A stretch of DNA of 44,142 bases from a virus (Duplodnaviria > Caudoviricetes). Location of the stretch: the IMG/VR virus record IMGVR_UViG_3300032212_000688, positions 1 through 44,142 of that record; one strand, written 5' to 3'. The position numbers and the translations under genes are program-made. Below the pieces are notes generated by a model. The model was not told the DNA's origin. It did not search any database and worked only from the letters and a program-made list of their open reading frames with translations. Of this stretch, positions 17,092-27,659 are shown piece after piece; positions within the stretch are counted from its first letter, which is position 1; the number at the start of each line of letters is the position of its first letter.

Positions 17092-20000
17092 TTATGCTCC
17101 TGTTACCGTTAAAATGCTGGCTATTCCGCTCACGTATGTGCTGGTGGATTTGTCATAAATACGCACTGTCATCTGGTCATAAACGCCGCTCGGATCCTGG
17201 TTTACGTCATCGATATCGACAGTGAGATTTGAGCCATAGACCTCGCCAACACAGTAAGGCAGAGAATGGAAAGGTTGGTTAAACGGCACCACCGTGCCAG
17301 CGGCATCAATGGCGACGTTGTAGAATTTTTCCACCCGCTCAGCGATGTCCAGCGTGGTTTCAAAGCCAGAAACAAAGGCCACGCCCTGCTGGGTATTAAG
17401 TTCAAGTTTGAATTGAAAATTACGACCGGTAGCCGTTTTGGGTGTCGGCCAGTCTTCAAAACCGTCATAGCTACCACCATCAACGTGATAATCCAACATC
17501 ACTATTGCTTCGTTTAGCTCTGTTTCACCGGCCGCCTTAACCGCTTGAATAACACCCCAGCAACGCGGTGAATTATCCTTATTAACATCCTGCTCTGGTG
17601 GCTGGTAAATACAAATATCCACCGGATTAATCACAGTCGAATTTTCAAACAGGTCCCAGCCGGCATCAATCGGGGTAGTTTGCGAACTAGGCACCAATAC
17701 GCCGGTCCAATGCTTCACAAAACCGGTTAACGTGCCAGGCCAGCCCAATACCCCCCAGTTCTGGGTGTCGATCACGTCATAGCTACTTTGAAAATCGATT
17801 TCATCCCAGGTGGCGTTAACAGACTCAATTGGCGGATTGTTGTGATCATAGGCCTTAACACCCACATTCCACGTGCCAGGTGGTAAATCAGCAGATGTAA
17901 AAACGCTGCCTCGCGCCACCACAGCCACCTCGGCGCCTTTTTCGTAGTCGGTATCACCGGCAGGACGAATCACAAAGCGATAATAGGCCGTATCAATATT
18001 AGGCACTTCACCCCAGCGAAACGCGGCCACATTGTCATTCTGCGCCGCCACCAACCAAGGCACATCTTCAATCGGATCATCATCACCAACAATCACATAG
18101 GTCAGGTTGATCGTGCTATTTTCGCCACTTTGACCACGATGATTAAAGCCGGTCACCTCAATCTCAATCACGCCACCAGGTGGACCCTGAAATTCAAACG
18201 AACGCAACGCGCCCACAGTGCCAACCATCGGGTTCCAGGCCTCATCCTGCACACGCCAACGCACCCATGCGCCGGCATAATCGCCAACAACATCCCAGGC
18301 CATCCCTATGGTTACCGCAAAGGTGTTACCCACCAACACTAATGTGTCGTTCACCTCAAGATTGCTAAGGGTAGGATAAAAGCTGCTATACAAGGACGGA
18401 TTCACATACACACCCGAACCATTCTCGGCCGCATAATAAGCCGGATCTTCATCAGTGGCAGTAATGTTCACCCGACTATCACTCACCGGTTGCACATCGA
18501 TAACTTTTAGCTTCTTGCCTGGTGTTGCCTCAGGCTCAAAAAACCATAAATAATCACCCGCTGGTAAACCGTCTGGGTCACTATCTGGTGCGGCCGATAA
18601 TGGCGTCGACAACGTTATGCTGTCACTCTCACCGGCTTGATACACCACCGGACATATTTCATAACTGCCATCGGGAAACCTCACACCAACAAAATGTGAT
18701 TCTGCCGGCGTAAACGGTACGGATTTATCTAGTGTTAGCGCAATCGTGGTGCCCGCCACCAGACGGCCACTATAGCCCCAGCTGGTCAGGTCGTGCGACA
18801 CAGTCACCACATCACCACGCTGCACTGCCATGCCTTCAAAGTCACTATCCCAACTAACACGACGACGGCGGTAATATTGTTGCGCCGCCTGCAGCAAAGC
18901 CTCTTTCTCGGCCTGGATTTTACTGGTGCAACCAAACAGTTTGATGGTGGCAATATTTACCGGACTAACCACTCCCGGCACATTAGCCCGCACTGTGTCA
19001 GGCTGCCAATTTAAATCAGGATTAATAAATTCAATCTCGATCGCGTCGGCAAGCGAGCCAGTCACATAACTGATCTCGAATGAATCGCGAATAATGTTAC
19101 CCATGCCAAAGCGTTGCACTACGCCTTGGTTGTCTGCATCCCAAATCACTCCCAGCTTACCGCTGGCCCAGGTCACCGAGGCGCGACCACAACGGGCAAT
19201 CACATTCAACACGTCAAACACCGACATTTTGCTATCGATCACCGCATTCACCTGCAGGCCTTTAGCGGTGCACCATACGCCCCATTCTTTCAGCGCTTCT
19301 ATATCCAGATTGGCATCACTCATGCCTGCGCCATACATACGCCTTCCATCGGTTGCCACCTTGCCTTTGGCAAACCAACGAAACCACCACGCTGGGTTGC
19401 TGTTGACCGTTGTAGACCATCCAACTGCACCTGAGCAGTTTATGCCGATTGTGTAGTTGCCAAAGGCTGGGGCCGCTGCTGGTGACGGCGTCCCGCCCCA
19501 ACCCCAACTAGTTAATATGCCGCTGCCATTGCCGTATTGAAATCCCCTGCCACTTGCATCTCGAGCGTCATAAAGTAGCAAGGAGCCAGCGTCGTTTGTT
19601 GCTTGTCCATAGCCTGTGATGCCTAACAGGTAGTCTCCGGCGACCAGGTCTGCCGAGACGTAACTTGTAGATGGGTTACCTGGTCCGTCAGTGTCATCAT
19701 TAGAGGTGATAAATGTACCGTCGCTCTCAAACAGATACAGCATGGTATCGAAATCAGCAGATGAACCGAACAAGCCATTGGTAGCAGCTTCAAACGTGCC
19801 CCCTCCCCAAGTAAAACGCCAGAGATCTTCATAGTCACCCACAGAGGTTGAGCCTCTGATACTGGCAACGCCAGCCCCAACATCCACTGCTGTTCCCGGT
19901 AGAGAACCAGTATCGCCTGACTCCACGTGGATAGAACACCCTATGTCTGACCAGCTTTCGCAGCGCCCTGTTGCCAGACTATTAAATGAATCAATGCGCC

Positions 20001-20475
20001 CCTGCAGCTGTCCCGTGGCGCGTATCTGCAAGGCCATGCGATGCTGACCACTATAGTCGCTCTCGTCGCGCTGATAAGAACGCAAAACAGACCAGGTTAA
20101 ATTTGAGGTGTACTTGTTGACATCAGCATCGGCAGCCGAGACACGACGCAAGCGCACCTCATATTGGCCCTTTGGCACTGTGCGCCGATACGTTACCCGA
20201 ACCGGCGTTCTGTCGCTATTGCTGATAACCACAAAATCACCCACATCATCAAACGACACCCAGCTACCGCCGACAGGCCGATATTGAATCTGCAAGGTCA
20301 CCGAGTGCTGTGCCAGCCCTTTAACACCGGCATAAAAAAGATAGCCGGTAATATCGATAGCCAATGCCACAGTATCCAAGCTAGATGTGCGTGTAACCCA
20401 GGGCGGGCATTGAACCACACTGACATTATCGATAGAGCCGGAAAAGTTATTGGAGGTTGTAAATTCGAAGGCCAT
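17092..20475 (-). CDS. Central tail-tip/host-specificity protein J-like (C-terminal part)
   Basis: GQYEVRLRR, NSNPAW, RGDVVTVSH, FN3-like segments. Confidence 0.85.
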   Translation of the reverse strand: MAFEFTTSNNFSGSIDNVSVVQCPPWVTRTSSLDTVALAIDITGYLFYAGVKGLAQHSVTLQIQYRPVGGSWVSFDDVGDFVVISNSDRTPVRVTYRRTVPKGQYEVRLRRVSAADADVNKYTSNLTWSVLRSYQRDESDYSGQHRMALQIRATGQLQGRIDSFNSLATGRCESWSDIGCSIHVESGDTGSLPGTAVDVGAGVASIRGSTSVGDYEDLWRFTWGGGTFEAATNGLFGSSADFDTMLYLFESDGTFITSNDDTDGPGNPSTSYVSADLVAGDYLLGITGYGQATNDAGSLLLYDARDASGRGFQYGNGSGILTSWGWGGTPSPAAAPAFGNYTIGINCSGAVGWSTTVNSNPAWWFRWFAKGKVATDGRRMYGAGMSDANLDIEALKEWGVWCTAKGLQVNAVIDSKMSVFDVLNVIARCGRASVTWASGKLGVIWDADNQGVVQRFGMGNIIRDSFEISYVTGSLADAIEIEFINPDLNWQPDTVRANVPGVVSPVNIATIKLFGCTSKIQAEKEALLQAAQQYYRRRRVSWDSDFEGMAVQRGDVVTVSHDLTSWGYSGRLVAGTTIALTLDKSVPFTPAESHFVGVRFPDGSYEICPVVYQAGESDSITLSTPLSAAPDSDPDGLPAGDYLWFFEPEATPGKKLKVIDVQPVSDSRVNITATDEDPAYYAAENGSGVYVNPSLYSSFYPTLSNLEVNDTLVLVGNTFAVTIGMAWDVVGDYAGAWVRWRVQDEAWNPMVGTVGALRSFEFQGPPGGVIEIEVTGFNHRGQSGENSTINLTYVIVGDDDPIEDVPWLVAAQNDNVAAFRWGEVPNIDTAYYRFVIRPAGDTDYEKGAEVAVVARGSVFTSADLPPGTWNVGVKAYDHNNPPIESVNATWDEIDFQSSYDVIDTQNWGVLGWPGTLTGFVKHWTGVLVPSSQTTPIDAGWDLFENSTVINPVDICIYQPPEQDVNKDNSPRCWGVIQAVKAAGETELNEAIVMLDYHVDGGSYDGFEDWPTPKTATGRNFQFKLELNTQQGVAFVSGFETTLDIAERVEKFYNVAIDAAGTVVPFNQPFHSLPYCVGEVYGSNLTVDIDDVNQDPSGVYDQMTVRIYDKSTSTYVSGIASILTVTGA

Positions 20476-21591
20476 TAAGCGCCGCCTCCAGCCGGTATAA
20501 AAATGACCTGGCGTTTAATGCCCTGTCCGCTTTGAGGATCTGCTGATTGAGATTCGAGGCTTGCTGTTACAGAGCCCTGCCCATAGGTCTTAATTAAATA
20601 CTCGGCATAGTATTCATTGTTAGTAATAACTGACACATTTGAAATAGATAAAACACCATCAGATCCTTCGTGAACTACATCTCTGGTAAATGAGCCATAT
20701 GTCCAGCCAGCGCCAAAAACGAGGTTATTTTCATTATTAAAATCACTGTTCGTCATCAACTCAGGGGTACTGTCCAGCGACACACCAACGTTCAACGTAT
20801 CCACATTGGCCGGGAATAAATCAATGTTTCCGCCAACAACCTGCTCGGTTTCAATGTCAGCAAAATTAGCCAGAGGCGTGTCACCAATACGATGATCGCT
20901 CAGTACCATGTCACTCAGGCCATAATTATAAACGGCATATAGATACTGGTCCTTACCTTCAAACTCGGTGTACTCACGCGCCCCTAAGTCAGGCACAATT
21001 CTATGAGACCCAATCACCAACGGCATCGGCTGCATTAACCGAGCACGATTAGCACCACCGTTCAGCGAATAGGTAGGGCTTTCATTGCCACCTTGGGCAT
21101 TACCTAAATCAGGTGAAGGCGGCGGCAAAATGGCATTAACTACCATCATGCCGCCAATCGATATCATGGCCGTGCCAACCGCGGCGCTAGCGCCGAGCGA
21201 TGCGCCTAGTGTCGCCCCGTATGCAGGGGCCGCCACCATCACAGCAATAGTCAGCATGGTCCGCAACACCTTGTTGCCATCGCCACCACCGCCATGCACC
21301 ACCGCCCGCACGGTGATGATGTCGTCAAGCTTTGGAAACGTCAGCGACCAGGCATCACACTGCACAGCGTCATCATTCAAATACAAGGCCACCGGCCGCC
21401 TGGCCAGGTCCAGACCTACCCGATCCAGATAGGCGCTAATCGATTCACCTGGCAAAAATGCAGCCCTGAAAACCTGCCGACCGGCGGCAGCCAACGGATG
21501 AGGACACCACACCAGGGCCGGGCTGTTATTGATCGGTAATAAAGATTTATTGCGGGGTATTACTTCCATTGATAAAACCCCTCGACCGCCA
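20475..21591 (-). CDS. Tail assembly protein I / J N-terminal part (start approximate)
   Basis: Ubiquitin-like N-terminus, GGGGDGNKVLR, SPTYSLNGGANRARLMQPMPLVIG. Confidence 0.8.
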
Positions 21592-21949
21592 AACCGTACT
21601 TTTCCAAATCGCGCAGCCGATGCAAACACACTTGCCCCACTTTCTCCATGGCATGCACCACGTGAGCAACACCACCGACAACACAATAGACGCCGATATG
21701 GCTGGTGTTGCCTCGGCCGTTCATTAGCACCGCGTCACCTTCAAACGGGCTGTCGGTCGGTTCGGCATAAATATGCTTATGCGACTGAATCAGTCGCGCC
21801 TGGGTGCGATAGTTGAAACTTGAATCTATCGGTAAATGAATCTCACGACCAAACACCTCGCGCTGCACCCGCTCAGCAAACAAGGCGCAGTTGTTGGTTT
21901 TTTTATCGTATGCCATGCCGACATAGTTTTCAGGCCAGCAAGTAACCAT
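21560..21949 (-). CDS. NlpC/P60 tail-tip assembly protein (gpK-like)
   Basis: NNCALFA...HIGVY...VVHA. Confidence 0.85.
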   Translation of the reverse strand: MVTCWPENYVGMAYDKKTNNCALFAERVQREVFGREIHLPIDSSFNYRTQARLIQSHKHIYAEPTDSPFEGDAVLMNGRGNTSHIGVYCVVGGVAHVVHAMEKVGQVCLHRLRDLEKYGLAVEGFYQWK

Positions 21950-22169
21950 AATCGCCCTCCATCACTTTGCCTTTGAAAATAAGTGGTGGAAAAATTCGCC
22001 GGCGTGGCCTTAATGGTTTTAAATGTGTAATCACACCCGATCTGGACATGTGCAAAAAGTGCGGAAAACAACCCCACATCGACCAACGCGCCATCAAATA
22101 ACCGCCGTGTTTAATCCACATCCACATGGCATAAAACAGGCAGTTGCTCCACATCACCCGGCCCACCAT
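21930..22169 (-). CDS. Hypothetical protein
   Basis: Coupled ORF in the tail operon. Confidence 0.55.
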   Translation of the reverse strand: MVGRVMWSNCLFYAMWMWIKHGGYLMARWSMWGCFPHFLHMSRSGVITHLKPLRPRRRIFPPLIFKGKVMEGDYGYLLA

Positions 22170-22642
22170 TAAAACAACCCCTGGGCCAGGTCTTTGTTAT
22201 AAACCCAAGCCACGGCTGGTTGATTTAAAATATCCTGATAACCAAGTTCACCGGTCACCAGCACAGGTGATTGCCCGACGTTGGAAAGCTGTAATGTGGT
22301 CTCCCACTCAACCAGATCAGGCACATCGCGCATCACCTGAATAAACCGCACTAATGCCCCTTTGCCTCCCCCGCTAACATCCAACCATTGGGTGATTTCC
22401 CGGCCGATATTGTCGACGCTTAGCTCCGCCCTGGGCGTGCCTTGTTCCGGGTCGTCAGGCATGCGCACATTAAAGGCCATAGCGACAAAGGTATCGCCTA
22501 GATGAACAAAATCCTGGTTGTCATTCACGACCCGGATCGGTTGCAGTAAGTCAGCATGGATGATTTCAAGCAGCGTTAACGGTGCCTCGCCGCTGGTGGC
22601 GTTAACCTTTTTATTGTGGTGTGCTGAGTAAGTTCTGGCCAT
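22169..22642 (-). CDS. DUF1833-like minor tail protein
   Basis: LLEIIH...PIRVVND...AELSVDNIGR. Confidence 0.8.
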   Translation of the reverse strand: MARTYSAHHNKKVNATSGEAPLTLLEIIHADLLQPIRVVNDNQDFVHLGDTFVAMAFNVRMPDDPEQGTPRAELSVDNIGREITQWLDVSGGGKGALVRFIQVMRDVPDLVEWETTLQLSNVGQSPVLVTGELGYQDILNQPAVAWVYNKDLAQGLF

Positions 22643-23007
22643 TACTCCAACACCTCAAACGTAAGACTCACCACATAACGCAACTCACCACCAGGTGACT
22701 CGGGGGGATGTTGACCCGCCTTAAAATCACCACCAACAATACGGGTCTGTTTAATGACGCCATCAAGCGGATCAAGACGATTAAACCAATCAACACCGCG
22801 GTTGATATTGTCGCGGCGCCAGGTCTTCCAGGTACCGTATTCAGTCTCGGAATAAAGATAGCTAGCCGGTTTTGAAAACATCTCCAACGAACCGCGCCGG
22901 GTCTGCTTAACCGAACTGTTTTCCATCTGGGTGCGATCGACATTCGGCGCCACCTGCTCACCGAATTGGTCAGACAGCAACACCCCATAAGCTGGCCAGG
23001 TTTCCAT
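22642..23007 (-). CDS. Distal tail protein-like
   Basis: Follows the tape measure gene; RTQME, INRGVDWF. Confidence 0.7.
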   Translation of the reverse strand: METWPAYGVLLSDQFGEQVAPNVDRTQMENSSVKQTRRGSLEMFSKPASYLYSETEYGTWKTWRRDNINRGVDWFNRLDPLDGVIKQTRIVGGDFKAGQHPPESPGGELRYVVSLTFEVLE

Positions 23008-25061
23008 TAGCGCTTATACTCCTGGTCTAGTCTGGTGCGAATAGGGCCACCGCGGTTAAAACTACGCAGAAAGAACTTAACCACCATGCCCTCGGCATCC
23101 ATGCTTACTTGAGCATCCTCTGCGCGCAGGTTTTGATTGCTTTCATTTTTCATTTCAATACGAACACTTGAGGCGCCAGCACTACCGAGCGCCTTCATCT
23201 GGCCCTCGGTAAAAACACCCTCCTTACGCTTGGCAATAATTGGCACCTCATCACCAACAATGCCACCGGTGTGATAACGCTGAGCGCCAGCAAATACAAA
23301 CGGTGAAACCGATTTATTGCCACCTTCACCCGCACCGACAATGCCGCCGGTGTGATTGGTGCCTGTTTTTACTGCAGGTACAGCAGCCCCGCCACTAAAA
23401 ATTTGTGACAAAAAATCAGTGCCCGCAGAAAGAAATGGATCGGTGATGTTTTTCTGAATCTGTATCCTCAATAGGTCACGAATAATCGAATCGCGCAAAT
23501 CGGCAAAACTAGCCTTGCCGTCAATCACTGCATCCGCCAAAGTATCGGTGAACTGGTTACCCCAGCCGCGGGTGGCTGCTATCAAGTCATTGAAGGTCTG
23601 TTTGCCTGTATCGCCAAGTTCTTTGATAGGTTCCTGTGAACCAATAATTGAATCTTGCGCCGCCTTGATGGCTCGGGTGTATGTTTCTACACCAATCACC
23701 CCCTCGTTAAACAAGATGTTTAAAAAGGTTATTTCATCAGACAGCTGCTCAATCGGAGTGCTTACATCACGAACAACCTTCTCCGCCTCAGACAACAGCG
23801 CTAGCCGGGCCATATGAGCCTTTTCCTCAGCATCCAGTGCCTTTATATCCGGCCCAGAATCATTGACATCAGCTAGTTTTTCCTTGGCATTGGCGGCATC
23901 GATATAGGCGCCGGATAAATTCCCGAGTGCCTTTTCGGTTTCTTTCAACTGCTCTTTGTTTTTTGCTATCTCTTCAGCTGTACCGTGTTGTGTAATGGCT
24001 TTCTGTGCAATCAACAAACCGCGATAACGGCCAGCTGTTGCCTCAATTTGGCTAGCTAATCCAGACAACTGCACCTCAAGCTTAAGATCAATATTATTCA
24101 GCTCAGCCGCTTTTAATATTCGATTAACTTCCTTTATATTTGTTGGGTCGATGCCCTCAACCGCAACCCCGAACTCTCGCAGCAATTTGATATTTGGTTT
24201 TATTAATTGGTTGAATGATTCCATCGCTTTAGCTGATGGATCATTGCGAAAGTTGTCCATAAACTCTCGCGCAGCTTTGGCTGCCGACTTGAAATAAAAG
24301 CTAATGCCAGTTTTGTCATCCAGCCATTTCAGCGTATCTTTGAGTGAGGTATTAAAACGCTCTACTTCGGCGGTAGTGCTGTTAATTGAGGCGTCAAGGT
24401 TAGTATCGGCTACTTTGTGCATCTCTGCCGCCATGCGTGGCAACAACTCATCGGCCGTCACCTCACCACGGTCGAGCAGCTTGTTCAACTCGTCAGTAGT
24501 CACTCCCATAGCTCGGGCTGCTATTTGAAAAGCCCCTGGTAAGCGCTCACCCAGCTGGCCTCGAAGTTCCTCGGCCTGTACGTTACCTTTAGACATCATC
24601 TGCTCAACAGCCCGCAGCATGCCCTCAAGATCCTGACCTTCAAGATTCATGGTACGGGCGGTTTCAGCTATCGCGCTGAAAATGTCACGAGTGGCCTGCC
24701 CTTCAAGGTTAGTACCACGAGATGCCGCCGTTATCTTGGTATAGCTATCAGCGAGATCCAGATATTCAAATCCCAGCCGTTCGGCCTCCTCACGCACAAA
24801 CTCAAGCTCGTCTTTTGCACGCCCGGCACTACCCGTCGCCGACTGCATAGCAGTCTCGACCTTTTCAAACTCAATGGAGGTATCTTTTACTTGTTTTGCC
24901 AGCAGACCAAAACTAAGACCAGCAATAGCACCTTGCAACGAAAACACAGCATTTTTGATAAAGCTGAATTTTTCATTAGTGAATTTTGCGAACTTTGCAA
25001 ACTGGGCTTGGGCCTGTTTGATGTTCGCTTTAATGTTGATTAACAGCTGTTTTTCAGCCAT
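23007..25061 (-). CDS. Tape measure protein
   Basis: QMMSKGNVQAEELRGQLGERLPGA; C-terminal HTGGIVG. Confidence 0.92.
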   Translation of the reverse strand: MAEKQLLINIKANIKQAQAQFAKFAKFTNEKFSFIKNAVFSLQGAIAGLSFGLLAKQVKDTSIEFEKVETAMQSATGSAGRAKDELEFVREEAERLGFEYLDLADSYTKITAASRGTNLEGQATRDIFSAIAETARTMNLEGQDLEGMLRAVEQMMSKGNVQAEELRGQLGERLPGAFQIAARAMGVTTDELNKLLDRGEVTADELLPRMAAEMHKVADTNLDASINSTTAEVERFNTSLKDTLKWLDDKTGISFYFKSAAKAAREFMDNFRNDPSAKAMESFNQLIKPNIKLLREFGVAVEGIDPTNIKEVNRILKAAELNNIDLKLEVQLSGLASQIEATAGRYRGLLIAQKAITQHGTAEEIAKNKEQLKETEKALGNLSGAYIDAANAKEKLADVNDSGPDIKALDAEEKAHMARLALLSEAEKVVRDVSTPIEQLSDEITFLNILFNEGVIGVETYTRAIKAAQDSIIGSQEPIKELGDTGKQTFNDLIAATRGWGNQFTDTLADAVIDGKASFADLRDSIIRDLLRIQIQKNITDPFLSAGTDFLSQIFSGGAAVPAVKTGTNHTGGIVGAGEGGNKSVSPFVFAGAQRYHTGGIVGDEVPIIAKRKEGVFTEGQMKALGSAGASSVRIEMKNESNQNLRAEDAQVSMDAEGMVVKFFLRSFNRGGPIRTRLDQEYKR

Positions 25062-25133
25062 AAAAAAGCCAGAACCTTAATCAAGGGCCTGGCTTTTCGC
25101 TTTGCCTCTTAGGGGCGCGTTATGCCTTTTGAC
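25062..25133 (-). promoter_or_regulatory. Structured leader, copy A (two hairpins, the second terminator-like)
   Basis: Homologous to 33815-33904 with different but pairing stems. Confidence 0.6.
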
Positions 25134-25163
25134 CTAAATATTAAAAAACTATAATAAAGCTGT

Positions 25164-25331
25164 TTATACCGCAACAGCTCGCTGAGCTTTAATCAACCGG
25201 TCGGCCTGGTCCTTGCGCAGCCCCAACTCATCACCGCGTTTATAATCCTTACGCTGGTGAGTATGAGGCCCGGCCAGTTTGACCTTTTTCATTTCCACCT
25301 TTTCAGGTGTCTGTGTGTTTTTATCTTGCAT
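25164..25331 (-). CDS. Small virion-associated protein (55 aa); not in the ORF track
   Basis: GAGGAG RBS; KVKLAGPHTH...GDEL...ADRLI. Confidence 0.7.
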   Translation of the reverse strand: MQDKNTQTPEKVEMKKVKLAGPHTHQRKDYKRGDELGLRKDQADRLIKAQRAVAV

Positions 25332-25334
25332 AAA

Positions 25335-26081
25335 TTACTCCTCTACTTTCCAACTAAAAAGCTGATCGCCTTCAGCACGCAGAGCGTCAAGCTCAACCGC
25401 ACCGCTAATAGTCGCCGCGGTGGTCTCATCGGTGATCAGGTCCATAACACCCGGATCCAGTTTGACCTTGTAAACCTCAACACGGGTCTGTTTGTCATTG
25501 TCGGCCGAGTTCATGCCGGCAAAGATCAAATACTTCTCCAGGTTACTGGCCGATGCTGCCACATGGGCTTGAGCGGCATAGGCGTAATCAATCAGCAGCG
25601 CCTGAGCATCGGTAATCGAACCACCCGCCAGAATCTCAATCATGCCCTGGTCAGCCTTGAGCACGTAATCGGTATCAACTACATAGGTTGTCACGCCGGT
25701 GCTATCGGTCACCACTACACTGCTAACCTTGGTGTGATCTAACAGCACAAAACCACCGTGATAACCGACATGAGGCTCATCAGTAACAGCGGCGCCAACC
25801 TTGTCAGTCAGTGCGCCCTGTAGCTGCATTTTTAAATGATCCTTGCGAATCGAATCCAGCTCCAGCGACAAGTCATAACTGACATTTTTTATAAAACTAA
25901 CACCTTTGGCGCCCTTGCCTGTCGTGCTCTCGATCTTCTCACCACGGGCAACATTGGCGTTAAGTGTTGCCGATGAACAGTTACCAATAAACAGCGCGTT
26001 GATAGCGTTGCCGCTGGCGTCACGATCAGCCAGAAACATGGCGCCCTGACCTCGAAAATACTTACTCTTAAATTGCTCCAT
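25335..26081 (-). CDS. Major tail tube protein
   Basis: YFRGQG...FIGNC; VEVYKVKLDP; position in the tail operon. Confidence 0.85.
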   Translation of the reverse strand: MEQFKSKYFRGQGAMFLADRDASGNAINALFIGNCSSATLNANVARGEKIESTTGKGAKGVSFIKNVSYDLSLELDSIRKDHLKMQLQGALTDKVGAAVTDEPHVGYHGGFVLLDHTKVSSVVVTDSTGVTTYVVDTDYVLKADQGMIEILAGGSITDAQALLIDYAYAAQAHVAASASNLEKYLIFAGMNSADNDKQTRVEVYKVKLDPGVMDLITDETTAATISGAVELDALRAEGDQLFSWKVEE

Positions 26082-26092
26082 TACCTTGCTCC

Positions 26093-26548
26093 TTAATTAA
26101 GGGTTGATCTAGGCGCGCCAGCGCTTATTTTTGCCACCACCCAGCCCATTGGTGCTTCCAATTGGCGAGACTGTTTACAGTTTTCCAAATACAAATCCAT
26201 GCCAGGAATTCCAGCCTTGACAAAGGTTTTAAACTCTTCGATCAGATTGTCCTCGGCATCCTCAACACTGCGCCCCATGGTGTCCGGGTTGTTGTCGATA
26301 ACCTCGAGGTGGGCAATCAATAAAAAATGTGTTGAGCCCTCTTTGGCTACCATGCCCTTGGCCTGGCTGTAATTACTCTCGCCATCACCGACCATCATCA
26401 CCACGCCGGTTTTCATTTCTGTGGCTGAGTGCTGGCGATAATCTGTCAGGGTGCGCTTAATCGTGCGGTTTGGCAGCGCTGCAACTAAGGCCTCATAAAA
26501 GGCCTGTTTGCGCTCTTTGATGTTCTCGATTGCCTTGGTGCCCATCAT
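26093..26548 (-). CDS. Putative tail terminator/completion protein
   Basis: Size and position. Confidence 0.55.
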   Translation of the reverse strand: MMGTKAIENIKERKQAFYEALVAALPNRTIKRTLTDYRQHSATEMKTGVVMMVGDGESNYSQAKGMVAKEGSTHFLLIAHLEVIDNNPDTMGRSVEDAEDNLIEEFKTFVKAGIPGMDLYLENCKQSRQLEAPMGWVVAKISAGAPRSTLN

Positions 26549-26550
26549 GA

Positions 26551-27042
26551 TTAAATCGCCTCCAGGGCGCGATCGATGGCCTGATCAAAACGCTTGTTAG
26601 CTTCATCTTTATGCGCCGCAAGGGTACGGGCTGGATAATCATCCGCCGGTGTTCCTTTGGCAGAGATTGAGCGGGCAATCACATAAGCCAGGTCTTCCTG
26701 ATCCATCTCTGGGTCGTTTGGTTGGATATGCTTAACCTGGATCCAATCGAGCACACTCTGCTCGGGCGGCACACCCTGGGCGCCGGTCTCTTCAGCCACC
26801 AGGCTGGCATGGGCCATACCAGAGACCACATGCCCCTCGAGTGGTGAGGGCTGTATCGATTTAATCGAATTGGCCAGATCAGAATGAGCCTTAGGCGCTT
26901 CAATCCTGGCTGTGCGCGCCATGGTCAGCACTACGCGGCCGATCGCCTTATCCAGTTCCTGGGTCAGTTTATTTGGTGCCTGCAATAAAGCGGCGTTAAA
27001 TTTAGCACCACCAAATTCAATAGAGAGTCCGGCCTGGCTCAT
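26551..27042 (-). CDS. HK97 gp10-like neck/tail completion protein
   Basis: ARIEAP...LANSI; IARSISAKGT. Confidence 0.65.
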   Translation of the reverse strand: MSQAGLSIEFGGAKFNAALLQAPNKLTQELDKAIGRVVLTMARTARIEAPKAHSDLANSIKSIQPSPLEGHVVSGMAHASLVAEETGAQGVPPEQSVLDWIQVKHIQPNDPEMDQEDLAYVIARSISAKGTPADDYPARTLAAHKDEANKRFDQAIDRALEAI

Positions 27043-27659
27043 GCTGCCATCCTCTCAAACTGTTCCAACAACTCTTTGGCCAGGCCTTGCGGGGTGCCGT
27101 TCTTGGGCATGCTGCCGACGCCACCAGCGCCGAGTCTTACCGGCTTGTTGATGTTTTTATTTGCCAGCGACTGCAAAGCGAAAACGGTGGCGCGCAACAG
27201 CAGCAGATCCCTATCGGCCGCTTTAATCGTCGTGCTAGTCGCGACCTTATCGATGTGATGGCCAGCAAAATAATAAAACTTATAAGCAGTACCCAGGTCG
27301 GTGATCTGTTCAGTCGTTGGCGCTGGGACCAGGTGCAACTCATTATCGACCAGGTGCAGGCTCGGCAAGCGGCCCGGGTGATTTGTGGCCCAGGGGTCAC
27401 GGCCGCGTTGTTCATTGCGGCCCCATAAACCAAACTTGGGTTTGACAATATCGGCAGGTGCAGCGTAATTAAACTGATCGGCCACCAGCGTCAGCTCACC
27501 CAATAGGGTGCGTTTGCGGTAACGACCTAAAGCCAGCGCCGCCTGGTCCAGAAATAACTCAAATTCACGATTACCATCAGAAATAAAATCATTTTTGGCA
27601 TCCATGAGGATCTGTTTTAGATCGAAAACCAGATCGGCTTTTGACATAGTGCCGGGCAT
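27039..27659 (-). CDS. Putative head-tail adaptor
   Basis: Size and position. Confidence 0.55.
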   Translation of the reverse strand: MPGTMSKADLVFDLKQILMDAKNDFISDGNREFELFLDQAALALGRYRKRTLLGELTLVADQFNYAAPADIVKPKFGLWGRNEQRGRDPWATNHPGRLPSLHLVDNELHLVPAPTTEQITDLGTAYKFYYFAGHHIDKVATSTTIKAADRDLLLLRATVFALQSLANKNINKPVRLGAGGVGSMPKNGTPQGLAKELLEQFERMAA

